64,000 bases of DNA from Candidatus Acidiferrales bacterium (GTDB lineage Bacteria > Acidobacteriota > Terriglobia > Acidiferrales > UBA7541). Of the stretch, positions 20,987 through 28,704 are shown piece after piece. The notes beneath the pieces are model-generated. The model was not told where the DNA came from. It saw only the letters and a program-made list of their open reading frames with translations, and did not search any database. Both the position numbers and the translations under genes were made by a program. The stretch lies in NCBI GenBank assembly GCA_035943235.1, contig DASZCH010000129.1:13229-77228 (forward strand), written 5' to 3'. Numbering within the stretch: position 1 is the first letter of the stretch; each line of letters opens with the position of its first letter.

Positions 20987-21604
20987 ATGGAATATAATTC
21001 CATTATTAAGCACGAGCTTTATGCGTTCCCGCCGAGCGATTGTCAAGCTCTTTTTGGGACCAATAATTCGACCGCTGATTTCCGTGATGACGAGGCTCAC
21101 CGCCAGATCGAAATTGACGATCGGGTCATGCAGGTTGTGGCGCTCCAAGCTCCCATGGCTGTTGACCTGCGGTTCATCCTTTGCGCCTCGCGGATCAACA
21201 ACGACCTGGAACGCATCGGCGATCAGGCTGTCAACATCGCCCAATCTGCTCTGCGAATTCTTCGTCACCCTCAAGTCAAGCCGTATGTCGATTTGCCCCG
21301 CATGAGCGAGTTAGCGGAGGGCATGGTTCGTGAGAGTCTGAACGCGCTCGTTCATCGCGACGCTGATCTCGCCAAATCTGTATTGCTACGCGACGATGAA
21401 GTCGATCATTTGCGTGATCAGATTTTCCGCGAACTATTGACCTATATGATGGAAAACTCCGCCGTCGTCTTTCCCGCTTTCGAGCTTGTTCTAATCACAA
21501 AAAATCTGGAACGCATCGGGGATCACGCCACGAATATTGCGGAAGACGTTATCTACATGGTGGCCGGTCGTGACGTGCGTCACTTGGCCGCCGACCGCCG
21601 CTGA
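20987..21604 (+). CDS. phoU: PhoU-family phosphate signalling protein, N-terminus atypical or possibly 5'-truncated
   Basis: Two PhoU repeats: LQAPMAVDLRFI...NDLERIGDQAVNIA and ...KNLERIGDHATNIAEDVIYMV. The first ~30 aa do not resemble PhoU helix 1. Confidence 0.75.
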   Translation: MEYNSIIKHELYAFPPSDCQALFGTNNSTADFRDDEAHRQIEIDDRVMQVVALQAPMAVDLRFILCASRINNDLERIGDQAVNIAQSALRILRHPQVKPYVDLPRMSELAEGMVRESLNALVHRDADLAKSVLLRDDEVDHLRDQIFRELLTYMMENSAVVFPAFELVLITKNLERIGDHATNIAEDVIYMVAGRDVRHLAADRR

Positions 21605-22020
21605 GTCCTCAAGCTTGTGGGCAGGCTTTATCCAGAATCTGCATAACGCCTAAATCATATTTCCTGAACGATTGTACGAGCGTATATTCGCGCACCTATG
21701 CGCATGTGGAGAATCATTGCTGCCGGCGCACCGGCCTGACGTTCGGAGCTGGCTTGCAAATCGCCGCCACGCATTTCCACACCAGCAATCACAATGGCAT
21801 CTTTTCAGTACGCATTCCGTTCTGAAATGCTGCCATGCTGCACCGTTCTTCGCGGATTCGACGGGTGGCAATTGCGATGGATATTAGTGAGTATTTGTTC
21901 CCTGTCGCGGGGTCGCGGCTCACTGGAATAACGGTGAGAGCCTTCCAGGGCTCATACCAAAACTAATCCAGAAATCCTTATCGCCGGTCGTGAAGTCGAT
22001 TTTAGCCCTTGACAGGCATT

Positions 22021-22038
22021 AGAGTATGGTCGTACTCT
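22021..22038. promoter_or_regulatory. Candidate TetR operator AGAGTATGGTCGTACTCT, overlapping a putative promoter
   Basis: TTGACA at 22009-22014, an 18-bp spacer, then TACTCT at 22033-22038. The tetR ATG (22045) lies 7 nt downstream, so the mRNA may be leaderless. The same core recurs at 22648..22665. Confidence 0.45.
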
Positions 22039-22044
22039 TATGAC

Positions 22045-22629
22045 ATGCGATACTCGCTCGAACACAAAGCGCAGAACCACGAGAGCATTCTTTCCGTGGC
22101 TGCTCGCTCTTTCCGCGAGCGCGGCGGTGACAGCAGCGGCATCGGGACGGTGATGAAGAAGGTGGGCCTCAAAAAAGGGGGCTTCTACCGGCATTTTAAG
22201 AGCAAGGATGATCTGTTCGTCGAAGCGGTGGCGCGGGCGCTCGACGAGACGGGCAGGGGCATGGTAGAGGTTGCCAAGTCCGCGCCCGAAGGTCAGGCTC
22301 TGCGGGCGATCATCGAACGCTATCTAAGCGCGGGCCACGCCAATTCGCCGGGAACCGGTTGCGTGCGCGCCGCCCTCGGGCCGGAACTTGCACGGAAACC
22401 GGTGGCCGTGCGGAGAAGGATCGAGGCGTTGTTGGAAGCGTATCGTGAGCGGCTACTGCCATTCATGCCTGGTCAGACGCGAGAAGAGAAACTGATGAAG
22501 ATCAGGTTGTTGTTCCCCAGCATGGCGGGAGTGTTGATGATGGCCCGGGTCATTTCGACCCCTGAAAGGCGCGGGCAGATCTTGATGGAGGCGAGGAACT
22601 TCTTTGTAAAGTGCTTCACTGAAGGGTGA
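22045..22629 (+). CDS. TetR/AcrR-family transcriptional regulator
   Basis: Sequence ILSVAARSFRERGGDSSGIGTVMKKVGLKKGGFYRHFKSKDDLFVEAV. Confidence 0.85.
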   Translation: MRYSLEHKAQNHESILSVAARSFRERGGDSSGIGTVMKKVGLKKGGFYRHFKSKDDLFVEAVARALDETGRGMVEVAKSAPEGQALRAIIERYLSAGHANSPGTGCVRAALGPELARKPVAVRRRIEALLEAYRERLLPFMPGQTREEKLMKIRLLFPSMAGVLMMARVISTPERRGQILMEARNFFVKCFTEG

Positions 22630-22640
22630 AAATTTTTTGT

Positions 22641-22670
22641 CCCAAAAGAGTACGGTCGTACTCTTTTGGG
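22641..22670. promoter_or_regulatory. Perfect 14-2-14 palindrome CCCAAAAGAGTACG-GT-CGTACTCTTTTGGG; second copy of the TetR operator core
   Basis: Read directly from the sequence. It lies between the tetR stop (22629) and the start of the downstream gene (22711). Confidence 0.5.
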
Positions 22671-22710
22671 AAAGCTAAACAATGCCAAACTGAATCGAAA
22701 GGATAACCCG

Positions 22711-23463
22711 ATGAAATTCATGATCCTCTTTCTTATGGCAGTGCTTCCCGCGGCGTGCGTAGCGCAATCACAGTCCGGCGGCGCCTCAGGCGTGCCCAGC
22801 GTGGCTATACCTAAACCCAACGCCGTGCTGGTCATTGAAACTCCCAAGAGGGGTGTAACCCCTCAACAGATCATAGCCCTCATAGAAGAAGAGGTTCGGG
22901 CAACTGTGAAGCTCTACCTCGACGGGAAAATCCGCGAGTGGTATTCGCGCGGCGATGGCAAGGGCGTCATCTTCCTGGTCGACGCGAAGACCGAGGACGA
23001 GGCACGAACCATTATGGAAACGCTGCCCCTCGCGAAGGAACAGTTGATCGATCATGAGTACATTCCTGTGGGACCCTTGATGCCATTGAGGACATTGATG
23101 GGCGCGGGACCGCAGACCGGGCGGGCGATCGGGGCGAAACAGATCGCTCCAGAGGATCTACGGAAGCTCGTCGACAAGAACACGAAGACTTTGATTATCG
23201 ATGTCCGGGATCCTGACGCATTCGAGAAAGAAACCATCAAGGGTGCCATCAACATCCCCCTCGTTCAGCTAGAGGCGAAGTTGAGGGACATTCCCAAAGA
23301 CACGACGCTCGTGTTTACCTGCAATACAGGAATCCGAAGCTCGGAGGCTGCGAAGCTCGCCGAACAGGCTGGATTCAAAACCGCCACATTTTGTCCGATC
23401 AATGAGTGGAAGGAAAAGGGGAACCCTACCGAGGCCGGTGTAAGACGGTCAGCTTCACACTGA
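22711..23463 (+). CDS. Exported fusion protein: muconolactone-isomerase-like alpha+beta domain + rhodanese domain
   Basis: Signal peptide MKFMILFLMAVLPAACVAQ. Central domain ...LYLDGKIREWYSRGDGKGVIFLVDAKTEDEARTIMETLPL... C-terminal rhodanese LIIDVRDPDAFEKETIKGAINIP...FTCNTGIRSSEAA, which contains the active-site Cys loop. Confidence 0.75.
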   Translation: MKFMILFLMAVLPAACVAQSQSGGASGVPSVAIPKPNAVLVIETPKRGVTPQQIIALIEEEVRATVKLYLDGKIREWYSRGDGKGVIFLVDAKTEDEARTIMETLPLAKEQLIDHEYIPVGPLMPLRTLMGAGPQTGRAIGAKQIAPEDLRKLVDKNTKTLIIDVRDPDAFEKETIKGAINIPLVQLEAKLRDIPKDTTLVFTCNTGIRSSEAAKLAEQAGFKTATFCPINEWKEKGNPTEAGVRRSASH

Positions 23464-23566
23464 ATTACAAGGACCAAACCAAATCATCCCCGTGGAAGGA
23501 CGAGGCGAAAGTGCAAACGCAAGCTCTGGTTCAAATCCCTCATCGATTCGGCGAAAGGAGGCAGCA

Positions 23567-24280
23567 ATGTCGCTCATCGTCATTGTGATTATGGTCCAGG
23601 CGGTGTCCTCGACGCTGGCCTGGCTCGGCTTCTATGTCGGTATTCGCGCTTTGCCCGGCGCGAGAGCGCGTCAGTCGCGCTGGATCACCGGCTCGGCGGT
23701 GGTTGCCGCCGCATGGCTCGTCGGTGTGTTCCTGCTCGGCGCAGCGGGAAATGACGTGCTGCCTCTGCTCATCCCGATGGCGCTCGTCGCGACGCTGCTC
23801 TTGGGCTATCTCCTGCTGCTGTCGCCGACATTTAGCCGCATCGTCGCCGCCGTGCCGCAGCACTGGCTCATCGGCATCCAGGCCTTCCGTATCCTGGGAG
23901 CCGTATGGCTGGTCCGCTATTTCACGGGTGGGCTGCCCGGCCTCTTCGCGCTGCCGGCCGGCATCGGCGACGTCGCGACCGGGTTGCTCGCGCCCTTCGT
24001 TGCCTACGCGTGGTATAGCGGTAAGCCCTATGCCCGCAGCGCCGCGATCGCGTGGAACCTATTCGGCATGGCCGATCTTATCAATGCCGTGGTGCTAGGG
24101 ACGCTGACCAACGGCGGCCCGGGCGGCATCGTCTTCCCGCTTCTGCTCATTCCGGCCTACGGCGTGCCGCACTCGCTCCTCATCCACTCGTATTCACTGA
24201 TCGGCCTGCTGCGCAAAACATCGCAACAGCCACGGCGCGCAAAGTCAATCCATTACGAAATGAACTCGGCTCGCGCATGA
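23567..24280 (+). CDS. Hypothetical integral membrane protein
   Basis: GGAGG RBS 6 nt upstream of the ATG. Multi-TM. Weakly paralogous to 24378..24890 (FRILG../FRFIGL.., GIGDV../AYGDI..). Confidence 0.6.
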   Translation: MSLIVIVIMVQAVSSTLAWLGFYVGIRALPGARARQSRWITGSAVVAAAWLVGVFLLGAAGNDVLPLLIPMALVATLLLGYLLLLSPTFSRIVAAVPQHWLIGIQAFRILGAVWLVRYFTGGLPGLFALPAGIGDVATGLLAPFVAYAWYSGKPYARSAAIAWNLFGMADLINAVVLGTLTNGGPGGIVFPLLLIPAYGVPHSLLIHSYSLIGLLRKTSQQPRRAKSIHYEMNSARA

Positions 24281-24377
24281 GCGTCACACGCGCCGTGCAG
24301 GATCAATGCGGTTTATTCGGAGAGGCATGGCCATATCAATGGCTGGAATTCTAAACAAGTAAAAAGGAGGGATCACC

Positions 24378-24890
24378 GTGCCACAACAAATGATCTGGTT
24401 TTTCGTGAGTATCGTATTCAGCTTGATCGCATGGGGGATAATCACCGCTCGATATATCTGGCCCCAACTCCGCATGCGGACACGGGCCGATGCTCTGCGG
24501 CCTTTGCTCACCCTGCACAGCTTCCGCTTCATAGGGTTGGCACTCTTGGTTCCCGGCGTGGTGTCACCCGATCTGCCGCGTGCCTTCGCGCATCCAGCGG
24601 CCTATGGGGACATCATCGCGGCGATTCTTGCGTTGCTGTCGCTGCTACTACTCCCCAGTGTGGCTGGCCTTGCCGCGACATGGGTTTTCAGCCTTTGGGG
24701 TACAGCCGATCTCCTCAACGCTTTCTACCAGGCCGCTCACTCTGGAATGTTGGCGGGGCAGTTGGGAGCCGCATACTTCCTCCCGACTGTTATAGTGCCG
24801 CTGCTTTTGATTACGCACGGGCTCGCTTTCCGAATTCTTCTGCAACAGCAACCCCAACCTGCAATGCAAAAGAGCCGGAATCTAGCATGA
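24378..24890 (+). CDS. Hypothetical integral membrane protein
   Basis: AAGGAGG RBS before a GTG start. Multi-TM. Confidence 0.6.
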   Translation: MPQQMIWFFVSIVFSLIAWGIITARYIWPQLRMRTRADALRPLLTLHSFRFIGLALLVPGVVSPDLPRAFAHPAAYGDIIAAILALLSLLLLPSVAGLAATWVFSLWGTADLLNAFYQAAHSGMLAGQLGAAYFLPTVIVPLLLITHGLAFRILLQQQPQPAMQKSRNLA

Positions 24891-24953
24891 GCCTGCGATC
24901 TGCATCACATACAGCACATAAAGCTTAGAGCCACAGTTGGTTGTCACAGATTG

Positions 24954-25124
24954 TCACAGTAGCGGCTGGTAGTATTTGGTGGGGTCCGTCGGCCCTGTGC
25001 CGACCTCGCTGACCAGGCCCTTATCTACCAGCAACTTCAAATCGCGTTGGAGCGTTCTTCTGTTCACTTTCAGTTCCTCTTCGGACGTCGAGGAAGAAGC
25101 CAATGTGATCCCATTGACAAAATA
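24954..25124 (-). pseudogene. C-terminal winged-helix fragment of a larger gene (Fic/AAA-type regulator tail)
   Basis: The frame reads ...[42 protein letters not shown]. It is open for only 56 codons and has no plausible N-terminal domain or start. Confidence 0.4.
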
Positions 25125-25150
25125 TTACAAGTCTGTTATAAATTGGCATT

Positions 25151-25837
25151 ATGAAATCACAGGAACTCAAGCAGGCTCGCCAGCACAGAAGCTGGACGCA
25201 GGAGGCCGCAGCTAGCCGCATGGGGGTAACCCAGACCTATTTGAATCTGCTTGAAAATGGGAAACGGCGGTTGACACCTCGGGTGGTTCGCCGGGCCGTT
25301 TCTGTCTACGGCCTGTCGCCGGAGGTTCTTCCCCTTGAAGAGGATTTTGTGCCAGCCCGGACAACCGATGACCAATTAGTGGAGTGGTTGGCGAGACTCG
25401 AATATCCGGGTTTCGCTTACTTCAAAACGCATACCGCAAGGAAGAACCCTTATGAGGTGCTGCTTACGGCATTGGGACAGACGAGTCTCGATGGCCGCGT
25501 GGCGGAGGCCTTGCCGTGGGTAGCGATGAAGTACGCGCGGCCGGAGACATGGCTGGTTGAGACTGCCCGGAAATTCAATCTTCAAAACAAACTGGGTTTT
25601 GTCGTTAGGCTTGGGCGGCGTGTGGCCGAGAGTCATGGAGACGACACCAGATTGAAGGAACTCGGCAAGCTCGAAGAGATGCTTGAGGAGAGCCGTCTTG
25701 CGAAAGAGGGTTTTTTCTATCGTCCCCCCATGACCGAGAAAGAACGCGAGTGGCTTTCGAAGAATCGAACCGCCGACGCGGTACACTGGAACCTGCTCGC
25801 GGACATGCGGTCGGAACAGCTTTCCTATGCCCGATGA
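25151..25837 (+). CDS. XRE-family HTH protein with uncharacterised C-terminal domain (putative antitoxin/regulator)
   Basis: Sequence LKQARQHRSWTQEAAASRMGVTQTYLNLLENGKRRLT. Its C-terminal domain is shared with 244..939. Confidence 0.85.
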   Translation: MKSQELKQARQHRSWTQEAAASRMGVTQTYLNLLENGKRRLTPRVVRRAVSVYGLSPEVLPLEEDFVPARTTDDQLVEWLARLEYPGFAYFKTHTARKNPYEVLLTALGQTSLDGRVAEALPWVAMKYARPETWLVETARKFNLQNKLGFVVRLGRRVAESHGDDTRLKELGKLEEMLEESRLAKEGFFYRPPMTEKEREWLSKNRTADAVHWNLLADMRSEQLSYAR

Positions 25838-26378
25838 AACGCCCCGCGCTAAGCTCCCTTCACCGTGGAACGACTTCCTCGGAGAGATCGACAAAGCGTT
25901 AGAAAAACCGCTCGAAATCCACTGCATCGGAGGTTTTGCGCTCGTCTACTATTACGGGATTCCGCGCACAACCGGCGATATCCACTACTACACGGCTGTG
26001 CCCGCAGACCTCAATTTAGAAGAAATGACTGGCCATGATTCCGACCTGCATCGCAAGTATAAGATCTATCTTCATCGAGTTACGGTCGCAACTCTGCCTG
26101 AAGGGTACGAAGAGAGACTTTCGGAAATGGCGAGTGGACAGTTCGAACGGCTCAGGCTTCTCGTGCCCGACCCCTACGACTACATTTTGTCGAAGTTGCA
26201 GAGGGCGGGGTTGAAGGATTCCGACGACGCCTTGTATTTATTCCGAACGAGAAGGCTAAAAAGCGAAATCCTTCGAGAGCGGTATCACCGGGAATTGAGG
26301 GATTATCTGATTGGCCCGCTCGAACAGCATGACGGGACTTTGGAGCGCTGGATCGAAATTTTCGAATCAGCGGGTTGA
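25827..26378 (+). CDS. Small nucleotidyltransferase-fold protein (DUF6036-like), putative toxin partner
   Basis: Overlaps the upstream gene by 11 nt. Minimal NTase-like motif IHCIGGFALVYYYGIPRTTGDIHYY (GG..x..GD.H). Confidence 0.65.
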   Translation: MPDETPRAKLPSPWNDFLGEIDKALEKPLEIHCIGGFALVYYYGIPRTTGDIHYYTAVPADLNLEEMTGHDSDLHRKYKIYLHRVTVATLPEGYEERLSEMASGQFERLRLLVPDPYDYILSKLQRAGLKDSDDALYLFRTRRLKSEILRERYHRELRDYLIGPLEQHDGTLERWIEIFESAG

Positions 26379-26580
26379 CCCTGCTCCAAGTTCGGCGCTC
26401 TCGCATGAATCGATGCCAGGAGTCGCGTGACATAGTGCACGACGGAAGGCTACTGGCACTCAGGTAGCACCAGCAAATTATCTGTCCACACGCGATCTGC
26501 GTATGTTTGGACGAATTTGACGCCGTTTCCGTGTTCCTTGTACCTACCCTAGCTTAATTTCCTGCCGAGTCGCGAACGTA

Positions 26581-26850
26581 GGCCACACCTATACGTTTTC
26601 GGTCGATGGTTCAGAGCTTTTCGCCGTCACTGAAGATCAAACGGTTTATCTTCTGAACCTGAGCGAATCGAAGGCGAATTGAGAGTAAGGCCCAAACGAT
26701 TCGCACCCATGGTCACTGCCACATCGAGATTCATGGCCCACTTCTCTTCGGGGGATCGACCTGCGCGTGATTTCCTGTCCATGGGGCATCCTGTTGGGAG
26801 GCCCTGATTCTACCTAACTGCGGTGTCCAGTTTTAGAGGGGTGCACTACA
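26581..26850 (+). repeat. Left copy of a ~260-270 bp direct repeat (partner at 60861..61128)
   Basis: 26593-26850 aligns without gaps to 60871-61128, with 8 mismatches in 258 nt counted by eye. It contains the last ~29 codons of a beta-propeller-like ORF (..FSVDGSELFAVTEDQTVYLLNLSESKAN*) plus 168 nt downstream, and ends sharply at ..GGGGTGCACTACA. Confidence 0.9.
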
Positions 26851-26923
26851 CGAGTGAACCGCGAACTCCTAGTTAAAATTCCGATTTCGGAAGGATGTTG
26901 TGAACCCATACCTCCGATTTCGA

Positions 26924-28492
26924 TTAGAAAGTATATCCCACTCCAAACAGCGGCGAAGCGCTTGATCTGAGCCCACCGTCATCCAGTCTGACAAGAACGT
27001 TGGCAGTAAAAACCAGTCTCGACACCTTGGGAAATGGGCGTGCCTTGAAGCCCATCGACGCGTTCGTAATGTTATAAGACGAGTTCGGGTGGGTTTGCAG
27101 GGAGTTTAGCGTCACTGTAGGGGGGGTTGCGTCCGCAGTACATGTCCCGCAATTTGCAAGAAACTGCTGTGGCGTAACACTTACGGTTTCGGTTCCAAAA
27201 ACCCGCTGTCCGACGATATCAAAATCTCCCGTCAACCATCTAGTTACCCTTGCGTCCGCTCCGGCGGTATAGACGAAATCATTCGGAATGCTCCCTCTTG
27301 TGCCCGTCGTTAGGTCACCCGCGGTAATCGAATTCGTGTTCGTCTCGTAGCCGACAAGCACGTGAGGAGAAATCCGTGCACGGTAGGAAAAGACAAAAAA
27401 CGGCCTGACGCCGTATGATCCGGATCCGAGATAGTTTAAAGCATCGCCAGTCGGAAAACGCACGTCTACACCTACGGCTATACCGGCCCGTTCGCCTTCC
27501 CATGCATTCCACTTCACTCGGGCAACGACATCGCTAATACCGGTCGCCGAATTTTGAGGCACGCTGCCGCTTCCCGTGAAGTTGAAATCCGGAAAAGTAT
27601 GCATCAAGCAGGAGGGATCAAGTCCGGTGACACCAGACGAAGGGCTTGTATTCGGGCAATTCTTGAACAAGTGAAAAAAATAAGGAGCTCCATTGGTATT
27701 CGTCAGGTTTTGGTTATGTACCGTCGCGTCGGAACTCCCCGGAGTAGGTACAATAAATCCGCTGGTACCAGGAACGATCGTGTCCTGAGAAGTCAAATTC
27801 ATGTTGACATCTTCGATGGGAACTACAATTGAGACATCGATGCGATTGGTGAGTCCAAATGTTACATAAGACGTATATTGCTGAACCTTAAGATGGATCG
27901 AATTTACCGTATCTATTCGATCGCGAATAAACCCACAGCCATTTAGATTTTGACCACTCGCGGAATTAATTGAACAGTTTATGGGCGCAAATGGTACAGG
28001 TGGCGAGTTATCACGATCGTCGTCTGTGTGGATAAAAACAGCCGGGAAATTGTGCAGATTTACGCCATCGATTTTGTTGAAATCAAAATACTGATAGCTG
28101 AATCCGACGAATAAGCGATGGCGGCCGACAGTTTCCGCGCGCTCGCCAAGGATCGGGCCCAAACTGTCTGTGCTAGTGACGAACGTTTTGAGAGATGGAT
28201 CGTAAGTGAGACTGAACCCGGACGAGGGAGAGGCGAGCGGTAACAGGTTTGTTTGACGGCCTATGTCCTCCGTCAGAGGCTTTAGCGTAGTCCCGAAGTC
28301 GCTAAGGAAGTGAAACGGATGCCCCCCGACCGGGAACAGAACGCTCTGGAAGGCATTCACTGCGCCATATTCCTGCGGAATCACGCAAGCTAACTTGCTG
28401 CCCGAGTTTGGCATCGAGCAGGGACCCTGCGCGAAGGCACTGGAGTAACCCATAACCGCAAAGAGAATTGAGAAAACGGCGCGCTGCAACAT
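26924..28492 (-). CDS. Putative outer-membrane beta-barrel protein
   Basis: Signal peptide MLQRAVFSILFAVMGYSSAFAQG. Alternating beta-strand pattern. C-terminal ..FGVGYTF. Confidence 0.65.
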   Translation of the reverse strand: MLQRAVFSILFAVMGYSSAFAQGPCSMPNSGSKLACVIPQEYGAVNAFQSVLFPVGGHPFHFLSDFGTTLKPLTEDIGRQTNLLPLASPSSGFSLTYDPSLKTFVTSTDSLGPILGERAETVGRHRLFVGFSYQYFDFNKIDGVNLHNFPAVFIHTDDDRDNSPPVPFAPINCSINSASGQNLNGCGFIRDRIDTVNSIHLKVQQYTSYVTFGLTNRIDVSIVVPIEDVNMNLTSQDTIVPGTSGFIVPTPGSSDATVHNQNLTNTNGAPYFFHLFKNCPNTSPSSGVTGLDPSCLMHTFPDFNFTGSGSVPQNSATGISDVVARVKWNAWEGERAGIAVGVDVRFPTGDALNYLGSGSYGVRPFFVFSYRARISPHVLVGYETNTNSITAGDLTTGTRGSIPNDFVYTAGADARVTRWLTGDFDIVGQRVFGTETVSVTPQQFLANCGTCTADATPPTVTLNSLQTHPNSSYNITNASMGFKARPFPKVSRLVFTANVLVRLDDGGLRSSASPLFGVGYTF

Positions 28493-28704
28493 GGAGTGCT
28501 CCCCTTCAGTGACTGGAAGTGTAGCCGGTCTTGCTCCTTTGTCAAGGCGAGGACATGTTTTCCGAATTTGCGGTGCATATGCCGGGCCAAGACTGTCACG
28601 TCCGCTACGCGACGGGGCTTTCCTCACTCAGAACGAGATGGGGTCACCACTTTGGCGCAAAGATAAAGAATGAGGTGGGCATGCAGTCGATCAACGAACG
28701 TAAT

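Noticed and set aside
22641-22670. The 30-bp perfect palindrome interpreted as an intrinsic terminator for tetR.
   Set aside because: The central loop would be only 2 nt, and no U-tract follows on either strand. The same 18-bp core occurs in the tetR promoter, so an operator function is more likely.
24941-24959. Tandem TTGTCACAG-A-TTGTCACAG as a regulatory site.
   Set aside because: It lies over the stop codon of a gene fragment, with no intact gene positioned to be regulated. It is probably incidental.
26454-26469. TGGCACTCAGGTAGCA, which resembles a sigma54 -24/-12 promoter (TGGCAC-N5-TTGCA).
   Set aside because: The -12 element is imperfect (TAGCA), and only a headless gene fragment lies downstream. 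No enhancer-binding-protein gene is nearby.
26821-26850. The repeat terminus read on the reverse strand (TGTAGTGCACCCCTCTAAAACTGGACACC) looks like an IS3-family terminal inverted repeat. A short ORF follows it (MDRKSRAGRSPEEKW..) that could be the start of a transposase orfA.
   Set aside because: No transposase body and no matching second inverted repeat were found anywhere in the window. The 52-codon ORF loses all orfA-like character after ~15 residues. All differences between the two copies would be non-synonymous in that frame. It remains only an unproven possibility.
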